This document shows, in pieces, positions 29,106 to 39,029 of a stretch of 62,871 bases of DNA (position 1 is its first letter; every line of letters begins with the position of its first letter). Origin of the DNA: Desulfobacteraceae bacterium (lineage in GTDB: Bacteria; Desulfobacterota; Desulfobacteria; Desulfobacterales; Desulfobacteraceae); assembly GCA_046482845.1 (NCBI GenBank), contig JAWOEJ010000291.1, positions 1 to 62,871 of the forward strand, written 5' to 3'. A program made the position numbers and the translations under genes. The notes beneath the pieces are model-generated. The model ran no database searches. It worked only from the letters and a program-made list of their open reading frames with translations, and was not told the DNA's origin.

Positions 29106-29918
29106 TTAAACAGCAGTGAACGGATCTGTTTCCTTTTCAAACCCCTTTACGCTTAACTCAATCCCTGCCTGTGACGCTGCCCTGTCCAGACGTTCAACCA
29201 TCAGGGCAATTGCTATATATTCAGAAGCAAAGTGACCCACATCGATCAGGAGCTTTCCAGCCTGTTCAATATCCCTTGCCTCATGATACTTTATATCTCC
29301 TGTGATAAAAACATCTGCATCTGATTTTAGAAAAGCAGATGTCAGAGAACCGCCGCTGCCCGTGCACACCACGGCTGACCTGGGGACAGCCTGTTTTTCT
29401 CCTGCTGTTCTTATCCCTGTACAGTTCAGCTTCTCTCCTATAAGCGCTGCCAGCTCGCCCAGGGGTAAGGGGTCTGACAGGTCACCCTGTCTGCCGATGC
29501 CTGCCATGCGCTCTGTTTCAGAAGGGCTGTGGGGAAGAAAAGGGTTTAAGGTTTTAAACCCGACAATACCTGCAAACAGATCATTAAGGCCGTTTTCTGC
29601 CTTGTCCAGATTGGTATGGGCCGACACAATGGATATCCTGTTATTGGCACAGGCCATTAGCGCCCTGCCCGGCATTTTATCAAACTCAATCTGTTTTACA
29701 GGCCTGATCATCAGGGGATGGTGGGTCAACACCACATTTGCTTCCCATAGGACAGCTGCCTGTATCACCTCCATGGAAGGATCAAGGGCCACAAAGACTT
29801 TGTCAGCCGGCCAGTTCACATCCCCTGCCTGAAGCCCTGAATTGTCCCAGTCTTCAGCCAGGGAAAAAGGTGCGATACCATCAACCAGATCAAGAATTGT
29901 TTTAGTTGTCACAAGCAT
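29106..29918 (-). CDS. Nif3-like dinuclear metal centre protein (YqfO/YbgI family)
   Basis: 270 aa with the WDNSGLQ, LTHHPL and SAHTNLD motifs. Confidence 0.9.
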   Translation of the reverse strand: MLVTTKTILDLVDGIAPFSLAEDWDNSGLQAGDVNWPADKVFVALDPSMEVIQAAVLWEANVVLTHHPLMIRPVKQIEFDKMPGRALMACANNRISIVSAHTNLDKAENGLNDLFAGIVGFKTLNPFLPHSPSETERMAGIGRQGDLSDPLPLGELAALIGEKLNCTGIRTAGEKQAVPRSAVVCTGSGGSLTSAFLKSDADVFITGDIKYHEARDIEQAGKLLIDVGHFASEYIAIALMVERLDRAASQAGIELSVKGFEKETDPFTAV

Positions 29919-29935
29919 TTATCCCCCCTTGAAAC

Positions 29936-29968
29936 AAAAAAAGCGTGGTTTGCATCCACGCTTTTTTT
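29936..29968 (-). terminator. Bidirectional intrinsic terminator after rpoD and the tRNA
   Basis: AAAAAAAGCGTGG-TTTGCAT-CCACGCTTTTTTT: a GC stem flanked by an A-run and a T-run. Confidence 0.65.
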
Positions 29969-30124
29969 ATCTTTTCCAAATCCGCTTGTCTCCAGCAGGT
30001 TTGTATCTTATATAAAAAACAAAATTTGAAAATTTCATATACAAACTGAAAAATTCCATCATCAGATTAACAGCATTAACATAGTATCATTTTCAACGGG
30101 TAAAAACCATTCCCTGTGTCTTTA

Positions 30125-30201
30125 TGGTGGGCCCACCTGGATTCGAACCAGGGACCGACCGGTTATGAGCCGGTGGCTCTGCCAAACTGAGCTATGGGCC
30201 C
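30125..30201 (-). tRNA. tRNA with CAT anticodon (elongator Met, or lysidine-type Ile2)
   Basis: The minus strand reads GGGCCCATAGCTCAGTTTGGCAGAGCCACCGGCTCATAACCGGTCGGTCCCTGGTTCGAATCCAGGTGGGCCCACCA. The cloverleaf folds cleanly, with anticodon loop CTCATAA and an encoded CCA. Confidence 0.9.
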
Positions 30202-30255
30202 TGTCCCCACAAGCAAACTTTGAGATTATATATATTCTGGTAAAAATGTCAACGT

Positions 30256-32148
30256 TTAATTTTCAATAAAGCTCTTTAACTTCCGGCTCCGGGTGGGATG
30301 CCTTAATTTTCTCAATGCCTTGGCCTCGATCTGGCGGATTCTCTCCCGGGTGACTGTAAAATCCTTTCCCACCTCTTCCAGGGTATGATCTGCTTTTTCA
30401 CCTATGCCAAACCGCATGCGCAGCACCTTTTCCTCCCTTGGCGTAAGGGTTGCCAGAACCTTTCTGGTCTGCTCGGCAAGGTTCAAATTAATGGCCGCAT
30501 CCGAGGGCTGGGAAAATTTCTTGTCTTCGATGAAATCACCAAGATGGCTGTCCTCCTCCTCGCCTATGGGAGTTTCAAGGGAAATGGGCTCCCTGGCGAT
30601 TTTCAGCACCCGCCTGACCTTGTCAAGGGGAATCTCCATCTTTTCTGCTATTTCTTCAGGAGAGGGCTCCTTGCCCATTTCCTGGACCAGGTATCTTGAT
30701 GTTCTGATCAGCTTGTTAATGGTTTCAATCATGTGAACAGGAATGCGTATGGTACGTGCCTGGTCTGCAATGGCCCGGGTAATGGCCTGGCGGATCCACC
30801 AGGTGGCATAGGTGCTGAATTTGTACCCCCGCCTGTACTCAAACTTGTCAACCGCCTTCATCAGACCGATATTCCCTTCCTGAATCAGATCCAGGAACTG
30901 AAGTCCTCTGTTGGTATACTTCTTTGCTATACTGACCACCAGACGCAGATTCGCCCTGACCAGCTCGCTTTTTGCATTTTTAGCCCAGAAACGGCCCTTG
31001 TCTGCACCTTTGATAATTTTTTTCAGCGCAGTGGCATCCCCCTTGATTTCAGCTTTCTTCATCATGACCTGGTTGCTGATGGCTATGAGATCCTGGTGCA
31101 GTATTTCTGCTCTTTCCCGGGAAAGCTCACTTCGCTCAACAGCCCAGTCTATAAATTCGTCAGCATGATCAAGTTTTAACAGCATCTCATCTTTTCTGGC
31201 TTTGAACAGTTTAGCACATTCCTTAAAAAAAGCATCCATAGTATCAAACCAGTGAATATCTGCCCTGATCCGCTTCTCAATTTTTTTGGTGACACCGGTT
31301 TCAAAACGCCAGGTTTTCAGATGATGGTAGATTTTTTCATTATTGCTGCGTATGGCGGTCTGTATCTTCCTCTTTTCAGCTATTTCAAGATTGCCGCCCA
31401 GAAGTTTATCCCTTTTTTCCTGATTGTCGGCATGGAGTCTTTTTATGGCTGAGATATCCTCCATGAACTTTTCCACTTTTTCCGCTTCATCAACCAGTGC
31501 ATATCCCTCATCCACATCCCTTAAAACGCTTTTTACCCTTAAACGGGGCTCCTTTCCACCATCCTGCTGCATTTCCATATTAACGCCCAGGTTTATAATG
31601 CTCTGAACTGCCACAGGGCTTGCCAGCATGGCCTTTAACACCTCATGCTCTCCAGCTTCTATTTTTTTGGCAATCTCGATTTCACCTTCACGGCTTAAAA
31701 GGGTTACCATGCCCATCTCCCGAAGGTACATCTTCACAGGGTCTGTAACCGTGCCAAACTCCATGTCTGCAGAGGCTTTCCGGGCCATGGAAGGTTTAAG
31801 CGCCGCGTCATCGCCTTTGCAGTGGTCTGCAGACCCATCGCTCCCGGTATGGACTGCCTTTTTTGCTGCCTGTATATGTTTTTCAGACTGTTCATTGTTG
31901 TCTTTCCCCGCCTTTTTCACCCCAGGCCCGACGTCCGCCTCTTCATTCTCCACAAGGGTGATGCCGAGGTCCTGAAACTTTACCATGATATCATCAATCT
32001 GATCAGAAGATTTTATATCATCAGATATGGCCTCATTAATTTCGGAATAGGAGAGACAACCCTGTTTTTTCCCCTTTGCAATCAGCTCTTTTAACCTTTC
32101 TTTGGAAACAGCTTCATTCTCCGTTGATTCAACCGATTCTGCTGCCAT
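30256..32148 (-). CDS. rpoD: RNA polymerase sigma factor RpoD
   Basis: 630 aa with region 2 ([24 protein letters not shown]) and region 4 ([20 protein letters not shown]). Confidence 0.97.
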   Translation of the reverse strand: MAAESVESTENEAVSKERLKELIAKGKKQGCLSYSEINEAISDDIKSSDQIDDIMVKFQDLGITLVENEEADVGPGVKKAGKDNNEQSEKHIQAAKKAVHTGSDGSADHCKGDDAALKPSMARKASADMEFGTVTDPVKMYLREMGMVTLLSREGEIEIAKKIEAGEHEVLKAMLASPVAVQSIINLGVNMEMQQDGGKEPRLRVKSVLRDVDEGYALVDEAEKVEKFMEDISAIKRLHADNQEKRDKLLGGNLEIAEKRKIQTAIRSNNEKIYHHLKTWRFETGVTKKIEKRIRADIHWFDTMDAFFKECAKLFKARKDEMLLKLDHADEFIDWAVERSELSRERAEILHQDLIAISNQVMMKKAEIKGDATALKKIIKGADKGRFWAKNAKSELVRANLRLVVSIAKKYTNRGLQFLDLIQEGNIGLMKAVDKFEYRRGYKFSTYATWWIRQAITRAIADQARTIRIPVHMIETINKLIRTSRYLVQEMGKEPSPEEIAEKMEIPLDKVRRVLKIAREPISLETPIGEEEDSHLGDFIEDKKFSQPSDAAINLNLAEQTRKVLATLTPREEKVLRMRFGIGEKADHTLEEVGKDFTVTRERIRQIEAKALRKLRHPTRSRKLKSFIEN

Positions 32149-32168
32149 AAACTATGCCCCCCAAAGGC

Positions 32169-33944
32169 TTATTGTTTTTCATAACCATGTAATTTTCTGA
32201 CCTCCATCTGCCGCCTGGCCAGCAGTTCCAATGAAAGTTTTAAATTACCCCCCTGTTCCGCTTTTCTTATTTTATCTGCCAGATTATTATCCGTTCTGCT
32301 CCTGATTTTTGCAATTCGATTCATTAAAGATACAGATTTTTCATATAAATTGTCTGCCCCGGGAACCTCCATCACAGCAATGCCTGCGATCAATTCCTGA
32401 TCCCCGCTGTCCTCGGCACATGCCATGAGCTCGGCAACAAGCTCATGCCCGGCTTTATCCGACCTGGCTACACGTTTGCCAAGCTGTGCCAACCTGTCTG
32501 AATAAAAAAAATCCAGAATATGTCTCTCAATTATCTTTTTTCTGATCTCCGGGCATTGAAGCATCATGGAGATCATCTGCATTTCCCTTTTATCGGAATT
32601 CAGTCCGGTTATACTGTTTGCTCTGCCACTGTCCTCTGCTGCAGTATTTCCGGGCTGAAAACGTCTGACTTTTTCAAGCACTGCTGTTTCGTCAACACCG
32701 AGACGCTGGGATATGTCTCTTATATACAAAGATCTTGCCGCCCTGTCTTCTACCTCGGCAAGGCGCGGTGTGATTTCATCAATAATCTTAATTTTTCCTT
32801 CAATGGAAAGCCCGTGTTTTTCAACGGCCAATACCATAAGAAAGGGAATAACCCCCACGGCTTTTTCAGCAAGGGCTTCAAAGGCTTCTCTGCCGAACTC
32901 AGACACAAAGGCATCCGGGTCCATACCCCTGGGCAGCACAAGAATTCTGAGATCAACCCCGTGACGGGCAAATATACCCACACTGCGCCTGGCTGCATTT
33001 ACCCCGGCAGCATCTGAATCAAACACCAGCACCATTTTCAGCGCATAGCCTTTGAGAATTCTCACATGCTCCTCTGTTAACGCAGTCCCAAGGGTTGCCA
33101 CAGCATTTTTAATACCGTTCTGATACAGGGAAATAAAATCAAAATACCCCTCAACGATAAACACATGCTCCTGCTGCCGGCAAAAGGTCTTGGACTGATG
33201 AAGCCCGTAGAGGATCCTGCTTTTACTGTAAACAGGTGTTTCAGGAGAATTCAGGTATTTGGGCATGGCATCATCCATCACCCTTCCTCCAAACCCTGCC
33301 ACCTGCATGTTTATATCAAAAATCGGAAAGATGATCCGGTTTCTGAAACGATCATAATATCCACTGCCCTGTTTTCTCGGCAAAACCAGTCCTGATGCCT
33401 CTGCCAGCTGTTTCCCTGTTTTTTCCTGCCGGAAAAAATCAACAAGACCATCCCAGGCATCTTTGGCAAACCCGATATGAAACAGATCTATGGTCTCCTG
33501 GCTGATTTTTCTTTGTCTGAGATATGCTCTGGCCAATTCGGCGCGGGTGCTGTGTTTCAATGTATTGGAAAAATAATCCATGACCCGGGCGTTGAGCCGG
33601 AAAAGGCCCTCCCTGAGCACCATCTTTTTTTTAACTTCAGGATTGACAGGTCCTGTTTCAATTTCAATGCTGTATTTCCTGGCAAGCATGGTAACGGCCT
33701 CGGGAAAGGAAATCCCATGGTGCTTCATCAAAAAGGTAATCACATTCCCGCCTGCACCGCAGCCAAAGCAGTAAAACATTTTCTTATGGGCACTTACGGA
33801 AAAAGAAGGGGTTTTTTCGTTGTGAAACGGGCATATACCAAAAAAATCCCTTCCTGATTTTTTTAATACAACCGATTCAGATATCACTTCAACAATATCT
33901 GCACGGTTTAAAATCTCCAGAATTTTATTTTCAGGAATAAACAT
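32169..33944 (-). CDS. dnaG: DNA primase
   Basis: 591 aa with a zinc finger (CPFHNEKTPSFSV..YCFGCGAGG) and a TOPRIM domain (VEGYFD..DSDAAG). Confidence 0.95.
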   Translation of the reverse strand: MFIPENKILEILNRADIVEVISESVVLKKSGRDFFGICPFHNEKTPSFSVSAHKKMFYCFGCGAGGNVITFLMKHHGISFPEAVTMLARKYSIEIETGPVNPEVKKKMVLREGLFRLNARVMDYFSNTLKHSTRAELARAYLRQRKISQETIDLFHIGFAKDAWDGLVDFFRQEKTGKQLAEASGLVLPRKQGSGYYDRFRNRIIFPIFDINMQVAGFGGRVMDDAMPKYLNSPETPVYSKSRILYGLHQSKTFCRQQEHVFIVEGYFDFISLYQNGIKNAVATLGTALTEEHVRILKGYALKMVLVFDSDAAGVNAARRSVGIFARHGVDLRILVLPRGMDPDAFVSEFGREAFEALAEKAVGVIPFLMVLAVEKHGLSIEGKIKIIDEITPRLAEVEDRAARSLYIRDISQRLGVDETAVLEKVRRFQPGNTAAEDSGRANSITGLNSDKREMQMISMMLQCPEIRKKIIERHILDFFYSDRLAQLGKRVARSDKAGHELVAELMACAEDSGDQELIAGIAVMEVPGADNLYEKSVSLMNRIAKIRSRTDNNLADKIRKAEQGGNLKLSLELLARRQMEVRKLHGYEKQ

Positions 33945-34077
33945 ATTCAGGGATCAGACTCCAAAAACAAAGTTAATATATTAAAATACCAAAAGAATAA
34001 CTACTGGCATTTAATTGTCAATACTCTGCCTTTGCCATATCAAATTATAACCCTGCATAAAAAGTGATTTTGGGCTG

Positions 34078-34665
34078 TCAAAGACTGCCTTTTGAGGAAA
34101 GGACCGCTGTGATACCCGGGTCCAGAAAACAGGCCGCATTAAGTGCTCTGCCCGTTGCCTTGAAAATTGATTCGAGGATATGATGCTCATTTTCCCCGTA
34201 TGCTGTATTGATATGAAGGTTCATACCGGCCTGCACGGCCAGTGCGCGAAAAAATTCCTTTGCCAGATACGCATCAAAGGGCCCCTGCACTCTGATGATT
34301 TCTGGAAGATGATACACAAGATAGGGACGATTGGACAAATCCACATTAACCTTTGAAAAAGCTTCATCCATGGGTACTTCACCGCAACCGTACCGGCTTA
34401 TCCCTTTTCTGTCCCCCAGGGCTTCTGAAATTGCCCGGCCAAGGCCAAGACCTGTATCCTCAACCGTATGATGAAAATCAACCTCAATATCCCCGGACAC
34501 CTCCAGGTAAAGATCAAAAAAACCGTGAACGCCGAACAGGGTAAGCATATGATCAAAAAAAGGAATCCGGGTGGTGACGTCTGTTTTGCCGGAACCGTCA
34601 AGGTTAATCTCTATCTGTACATCTGTCTCTTTTGTAACACGCTTCACCTGTGCTTTTCTTTCCAT
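34078..34665 (-). CDS. hisB: Imidazoleglycerol-phosphate dehydratase
   Basis: 195 aa with RVTKETDV, HHTVED and ENEHHILES motifs. Confidence 0.95.
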   Translation of the reverse strand: MERKAQVKRVTKETDVQIEINLDGSGKTDVTTRIPFFDHMLTLFGVHGFFDLYLEVSGDIEVDFHHTVEDTGLGLGRAISEALGDRKGISRYGCGEVPMDEAFSKVNVDLSNRPYLVYHLPEIIRVQGPFDAYLAKEFFRALAVQAGMNLHINTAYGENEHHILESIFKATGRALNAACFLDPGITAVLSSKGSL

Positions 34666-34830
34666 AAATGATTAACCTTGCAAATTTTTGAAGCCTATTA
34701 TATATAATATATTTCTAAAAAAAATAAATTTCCGCGCTGAACACGGATTTTTTAATTATACATTCAATAATACAGGGATGTCAAATATTTTTTACTCACC
34801 TAAACAGGAAACACACTTGGAATATACTTT

Positions 34831-36573
34831 ATGCGCTTATCATTAGAAGATACCTTTAAACTTGAAGGATCATACCATGACAAAATTATGTCACCGGAAA
34901 TAACCATTGAAAATTTCAAAAAAAATGCAGCTTCAGCCGGCATTGATATTCTAAAAAACACCCGGAGAATTGACAACAACCGTCTGGGCATTCCTGTATA
35001 CTTCAGTCTGTGCGGCCATGATGCCCGGCGGATAACCGGTACCAGAAAACAGATGGGCAAAGGGGTTAGTCCGGCCCTGGCTGAGGCCAGTGCGGTTATG
35101 GAACTGGCGGAAAGATTCAGTATATATTCATTTATGAACAGCTCAAAAAATTTTATACACGGCACCTATGACACGGTTAAACAAAATGCGCTTCCCTTTT
35201 CTCTGATCGCACAATCCGTGAATGAACCTGAAGACAGTGACATGGCGCTTCTTGAAACCATTTTTTCAACACTTCCCTTTAAATGGACTACAGGATACAA
35301 TGTGTCAAGAAACCAGGAAATGCTTGTCCCCATGGACTGGTTTTTCATGATAAACGCGTTTAACGGATCTTCAGCCGGAAACTGCAATGAAGAAGCCATC
35401 TGCCAGGGGGCCTGCGAAATTGTGGAGCGGCATGTATCGGCCTTAATCGACGGGAAAAGACAGGCCCCCCCGTTTATTGATCCCTTGTCCATCACCCATC
35501 CGGTCACCAAAGCTCTGGTTGATAAATTCACTCAGGCCGGCATCAAGCTCTTTATTAATGATTTTACCCTGGACATGGGAATTCCCAGCATTGGTGTACT
35601 TGCCTATGACCCGTACACCTTTCCCCATACCAGTGAAATCGTCTGGACCGCAGGCACAGGGACCAGCCCTGATGCTGCACTGAACCGGGCCTTGACGGAA
35701 ACGGCCCAGCTGGGCGGAGACTTTAATACAGGGTCAAACTACATGGCCAGCGGGCTTTCAAAATTTAAAACCCTTGAAGAGGCGGGTTTTATCATCAATG
35801 CTGAAAAAAACAACACCACGTTTTCCCGTTTAGGCAGCATGCCTGATATTTCAACTCCCAATATAAAAGAAGAAATCAGCGCCATCACCCGGGCCCTGAC
35901 CAAAAAAAGCATGGAAATGCTCACCATCCAAACCACCCATCCAGATCTTTCAATGCCAGCCTTCTACACCATGATTCCCGGTACAGCCTTCCGGGAAAGG
36001 GCAGAAAACAGCAGTGTGGCCATGTTTGCCGCAAAACATATCTGTGAAACCCTTCCCCCCCCCCGGGCCCTTGAAGAACTTGAAAAAATAGATCAGATTC
36101 TGCCGGACAGGTATTATATAAAATTTTATCTGGGCATGTGCCGCCTGAACATGGAAGAACCTGAAAAAGCCCTCACCTGCCTTGAAACTGCCATGGATCT
36201 TGACCCGTCAGACCAGGATATGGCAAGCATATGCTCCTATGCCGGCGTCTGCCTCAAGGAAACCGGGGCCTATGAAAAAGCCCTTGAAGTGCTTGAAAAA
36301 GGAATTGCAGCCGACAGGGACAGGGAGGATATCTACAACCTCATGGGGTTCTGCTGCTTTATGCTAAAAAAGCATAAGGAATCCATTGCCTGTTTTGAAA
36401 AGGTGCTGACCCTGAATCCAGGTTCAGCCATTGATCATGCCAGCATTGCCTCCAACTACAGGGAACTTGGCAACAGCGAAAAAGCAGTTCAATACTATGA
36501 AACAGCCCTTGACCTGGACCCGGGCCTTGACTTTGCCCGGGAAAATCTGGAAAAGCTCAAAACAAAATCATAA
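34831..36573 (+). CDS. YcaO-domain protein with C-terminal TPR repeats
   Basis: GIPVYFS..RKQMGKGVSPALAEASAVMELAERFS is the YcaO ATP/Mg motif region. The last ~150 aa contain at least three TPR-like units (ALTCLETAMDLDP, ALEVLEKGIAAD, AVQYYETALDLDP). Confidence 0.85.
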   Translation: MRLSLEDTFKLEGSYHDKIMSPEITIENFKKNAASAGIDILKNTRRIDNNRLGIPVYFSLCGHDARRITGTRKQMGKGVSPALAEASAVMELAERFSIYSFMNSSKNFIHGTYDTVKQNALPFSLIAQSVNEPEDSDMALLETIFSTLPFKWTTGYNVSRNQEMLVPMDWFFMINAFNGSSAGNCNEEAICQGACEIVERHVSALIDGKRQAPPFIDPLSITHPVTKALVDKFTQAGIKLFINDFTLDMGIPSIGVLAYDPYTFPHTSEIVWTAGTGTSPDAALNRALTETAQLGGDFNTGSNYMASGLSKFKTLEEAGFIINAEKNNTTFSRLGSMPDISTPNIKEEISAITRALTKKSMEMLTIQTTHPDLSMPAFYTMIPGTAFRERAENSSVAMFAAKHICETLPPPRALEELEKIDQILPDRYYIKFYLGMCRLNMEEPEKALTCLETAMDLDPSDQDMASICSYAGVCLKETGAYEKALEVLEKGIAADRDREDIYNLMGFCCFMLKKHKESIACFEKVLTLNPGSAIDHASIASNYRELGNSEKAVQYYETALDLDPGLDFARENLEKLKTKS

Positions 36574-36602
36574 TTTCACAATCCCCAAGGGTATAAGATC
36601 TC

Positions 36603-37562
36603 TTACGGGGCAGAGGACCTGTTTTCCAGGTCATTTTCTCTTTGTTCCTTTAATTTCTCTTCCCGTAAGATCCCGTCCCGCCGGAGATTGTGGATAAGCT
36701 TTTGTCTTTCACAATCCTTTTCATTTTCACAAATCTGCTTTAAATACAAAAGATTTTTCTGAATGGCCATGTCGTAAAGGTCTTTGTCTATCCCCCAGCG
36801 TTTTTTAAAATAAAAACGCATATTTGAAGCAATATTTTCATAATTGTCCTTTAAACGCCGGTTAACCACATTGTCATAAAACGCCCGGGTTTTGAACAAA
36901 AGCTGGGCTTCTGATTCATATACGGATATGCCGGCCTCTTCAAACTCCTGATACAGCAGGAACAATTTTTCAAGATAGGACCGCTCAGCCATCTGGGCCA
37001 GCAGGTCTGCAGACCCAACAATTTTCCCGAGAATTTCAACGTCCCTGGAAGAAAAGGGAATTTCCTTTGTATCCAGATTTAAATTGGTGGTTTTAATCAT
37101 ATGACTGCAATTTATAATTTTACCGGCAGAAACCCCTTTTTTTGATAAATATTCCTGCATAAATGCGGCACTTCTTTCCTCATGGCCCAGGGTGTGCTTT
37201 GCTCCGGTCCCCTCAAGATCATCCTGGGTCTGAATAAGACCTGAATCATGAAACAGAGCGGCCAGAAGTCCTGTCAGGATATTGTCATGATCAAACACAA
37301 ACCTGTTTTGCATGCAGCCGCAGATGAGACGTGCCGTGGTCAGGGCAACCATTATGGTGTGATCCAGATCATGGTACCGGGTGTTGGAGGCCCTGTATCC
37401 GGGGTAATCCCCGTTAAAAAGCCGGACAATATCCTGAAAGGCTGACGTAAAATCATCAACTATTTTGTCCGCACCAAGGAGGTGAATTATGTCAGAGATT
37501 TCTTTAAATCCGGATTCTAAATCCTGCTTATTGATCAAATCGCTGTATTTCTGATACCCCAT
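36603..37562 (-). CDS. HD-domain phosphohydrolase family protein
   Basis: YHDLDHT..LAALFHDSG is an H..HD..D metal motif. The start is set at the ATG at 37562 after GGGAGA. Confidence 0.7.
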   Translation of the reverse strand: MGYQKYSDLINKQDLESGFKEISDIIHLLGADKIVDDFTSAFQDIVRLFNGDYPGYRASNTRYHDLDHTIMVALTTARLICGCMQNRFVFDHDNILTGLLAALFHDSGLIQTQDDLEGTGAKHTLGHEERSAAFMQEYLSKKGVSAGKIINCSHMIKTTNLNLDTKEIPFSSRDVEILGKIVGSADLLAQMAERSYLEKLFLLYQEFEEAGISVYESEAQLLFKTRAFYDNVVNRRLKDNYENIASNMRFYFKKRWGIDKDLYDMAIQKNLLYLKQICENEKDCERQKLIHNLRRDGILREEKLKEQRENDLENRSSAP

Positions 37563-37614
37563 ACATGATTTCTCCCTTAAACAAAAAGGCTGCATCCCTT
37601 AAAAAAAGACCTGG

Positions 37615-38835
37615 TCAATTTTTGTATTTTTCCTGAATTGCCCTGATGACGGGTACAATTCTGAAAAAAACGCTTACAAGCTCAGGATCAAAATGTTTTC
37701 CTGATTCAGATTCAATAATGTCAAACACTCTTTCCTCGGACCAGGCAGTTTTATATGACCGTTTTGAAATCAGTGCATCGTAGACATCCGCCAGCGCAAC
37801 GATCCTGGCATAAAATGGAATATCTCTGCCCTTTAAGGGTTTCCCGGTTGTAATCTCCGGGCGTGTTAAATCAGAAAAGTTACCGGGATACCCGGTACCG
37901 TCCCATTTTTCATGGTGATGCAGGGCAATGTCACAGCTAACCTTATCAAAGGAAGAGGTATCATTGATAAACAGCTGGCCGCCGTATACGGTATGCAGTT
38001 TCATAACTTCAAATTCATCCCTGGTCAACCGGCCCGGTTTTTTCAGAATATGATCAGGAATCCCGATTTTTCCCACATCATGAAGCATTGCCGCCAGACG
38101 GATCTCATCCCTGCTTTTTCTCATCTCCTTGAAGTCCACATGGTTTTTAACAGCCCATTCCTGGAAAATTTCTGCTGAAAAAGCCCCCACTCTCTGAACA
38201 TGGGCCCCGGTTTCAGAGGGATCCCTGAGTTCTGCCATTTTTACCATCCTCAGAATCAATTCACGGTTCATTAAGCCGCGCTCAATGGCCACTGCGGCAT
38301 TATTGGAAAACAGGGGCAGGTAATCCTGAATCTCCGGTGAAAATCCCACAATATCCCCATCTGCATCCCTGGCATTGATCAGCTGCATCACCCCCACCAG
38401 ATTGTTCTGAAGGGTGGTTAAGGGCAGGGTCAGCATGGAAACGGTTTTATAGCCTGATTTTCTGTCATAATCCGGATTAAACGAGTAGGGGCGGTCTTCA
38501 GAAATGTCATAGGCATTATCAATAACAAGTTTTTCCCTGTTCAGGGCCACATATCCCACAATGGATGTTTCATCAATGGGCACTGAAAAATCAACATAAA
38601 TGGCCTCACGTCCCTGATCTTCCATGAAAAGGGTATCATTGTGAACATAACCAAACCGCAGCCTGTCTTTTTCAGCAATAAATATAGAGCCGGCATCAGC
38701 TGAAGAAAACCGTCTTGCCTTATAGAGGATCTGGTCAAGAATGGAATCAACATCTTTGAGGTGATTTATTTTTTCAATGGTTTCAAGCACAGTGCCTATG
38801 ATCTCGTTATTGAATGTATTTATTTTCTGAACCAT
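37615..38835 (-). CDS. GAF-domain HD-GYP phosphodiesterase (c-di-GMP-type)
   Basis: An N-terminal GAF-like region is followed by LHDVGKIGIPDHILKKPGRLT..HHEKWDGTGYP, the HD-GYP signature. Confidence 0.88.
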   Translation of the reverse strand: MVQKINTFNNEIIGTVLETIEKINHLKDVDSILDQILYKARRFSSADAGSIFIAEKDRLRFGYVHNDTLFMEDQGREAIYVDFSVPIDETSIVGYVALNREKLVIDNAYDISEDRPYSFNPDYDRKSGYKTVSMLTLPLTTLQNNLVGVMQLINARDADGDIVGFSPEIQDYLPLFSNNAAVAIERGLMNRELILRMVKMAELRDPSETGAHVQRVGAFSAEIFQEWAVKNHVDFKEMRKSRDEIRLAAMLHDVGKIGIPDHILKKPGRLTRDEFEVMKLHTVYGGQLFINDTSSFDKVSCDIALHHHEKWDGTGYPGNFSDLTRPEITTGKPLKGRDIPFYARIVALADVYDALISKRSYKTAWSEERVFDIIESESGKHFDPELVSVFFRIVPVIRAIQEKYKN

Positions 38836-38862
38836 TTCTGTGCATCCTTAATTTTTTTTTAT

Positions 38863-38980
38863 GAAAGCCATCAGTACTCAGCTAACAGCTAACAGCTAAC
38901 AGCTAACAGCTAACGGCTAAAACTCGGTTATCAAGTTTTTATGGAAGGACCGAGCGCCGCCCCCAGCGGTTGCCTGTCAG
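38863..38980 (-). repeat. Composite repeat: conserved flank, then 6 AGCTAAC units, then the left half of the palindromic element
   Basis: GAAAGCCATCAGTACTC, then 5 perfect units and 1 degenerate heptamer (38880-38921), joined directly to AACTCGGTTATCAAGTTTTTATGGAAGGACCGAGCGCCGCCCCCAGCGGTTGCCTGTCAG. Confidence 0.88.
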
Positions 38981-39029
38981 AGATACACGCCCTTCCTGTG
39001 CCCCAAAGATGCATTCAGCGCAGTTCCTT

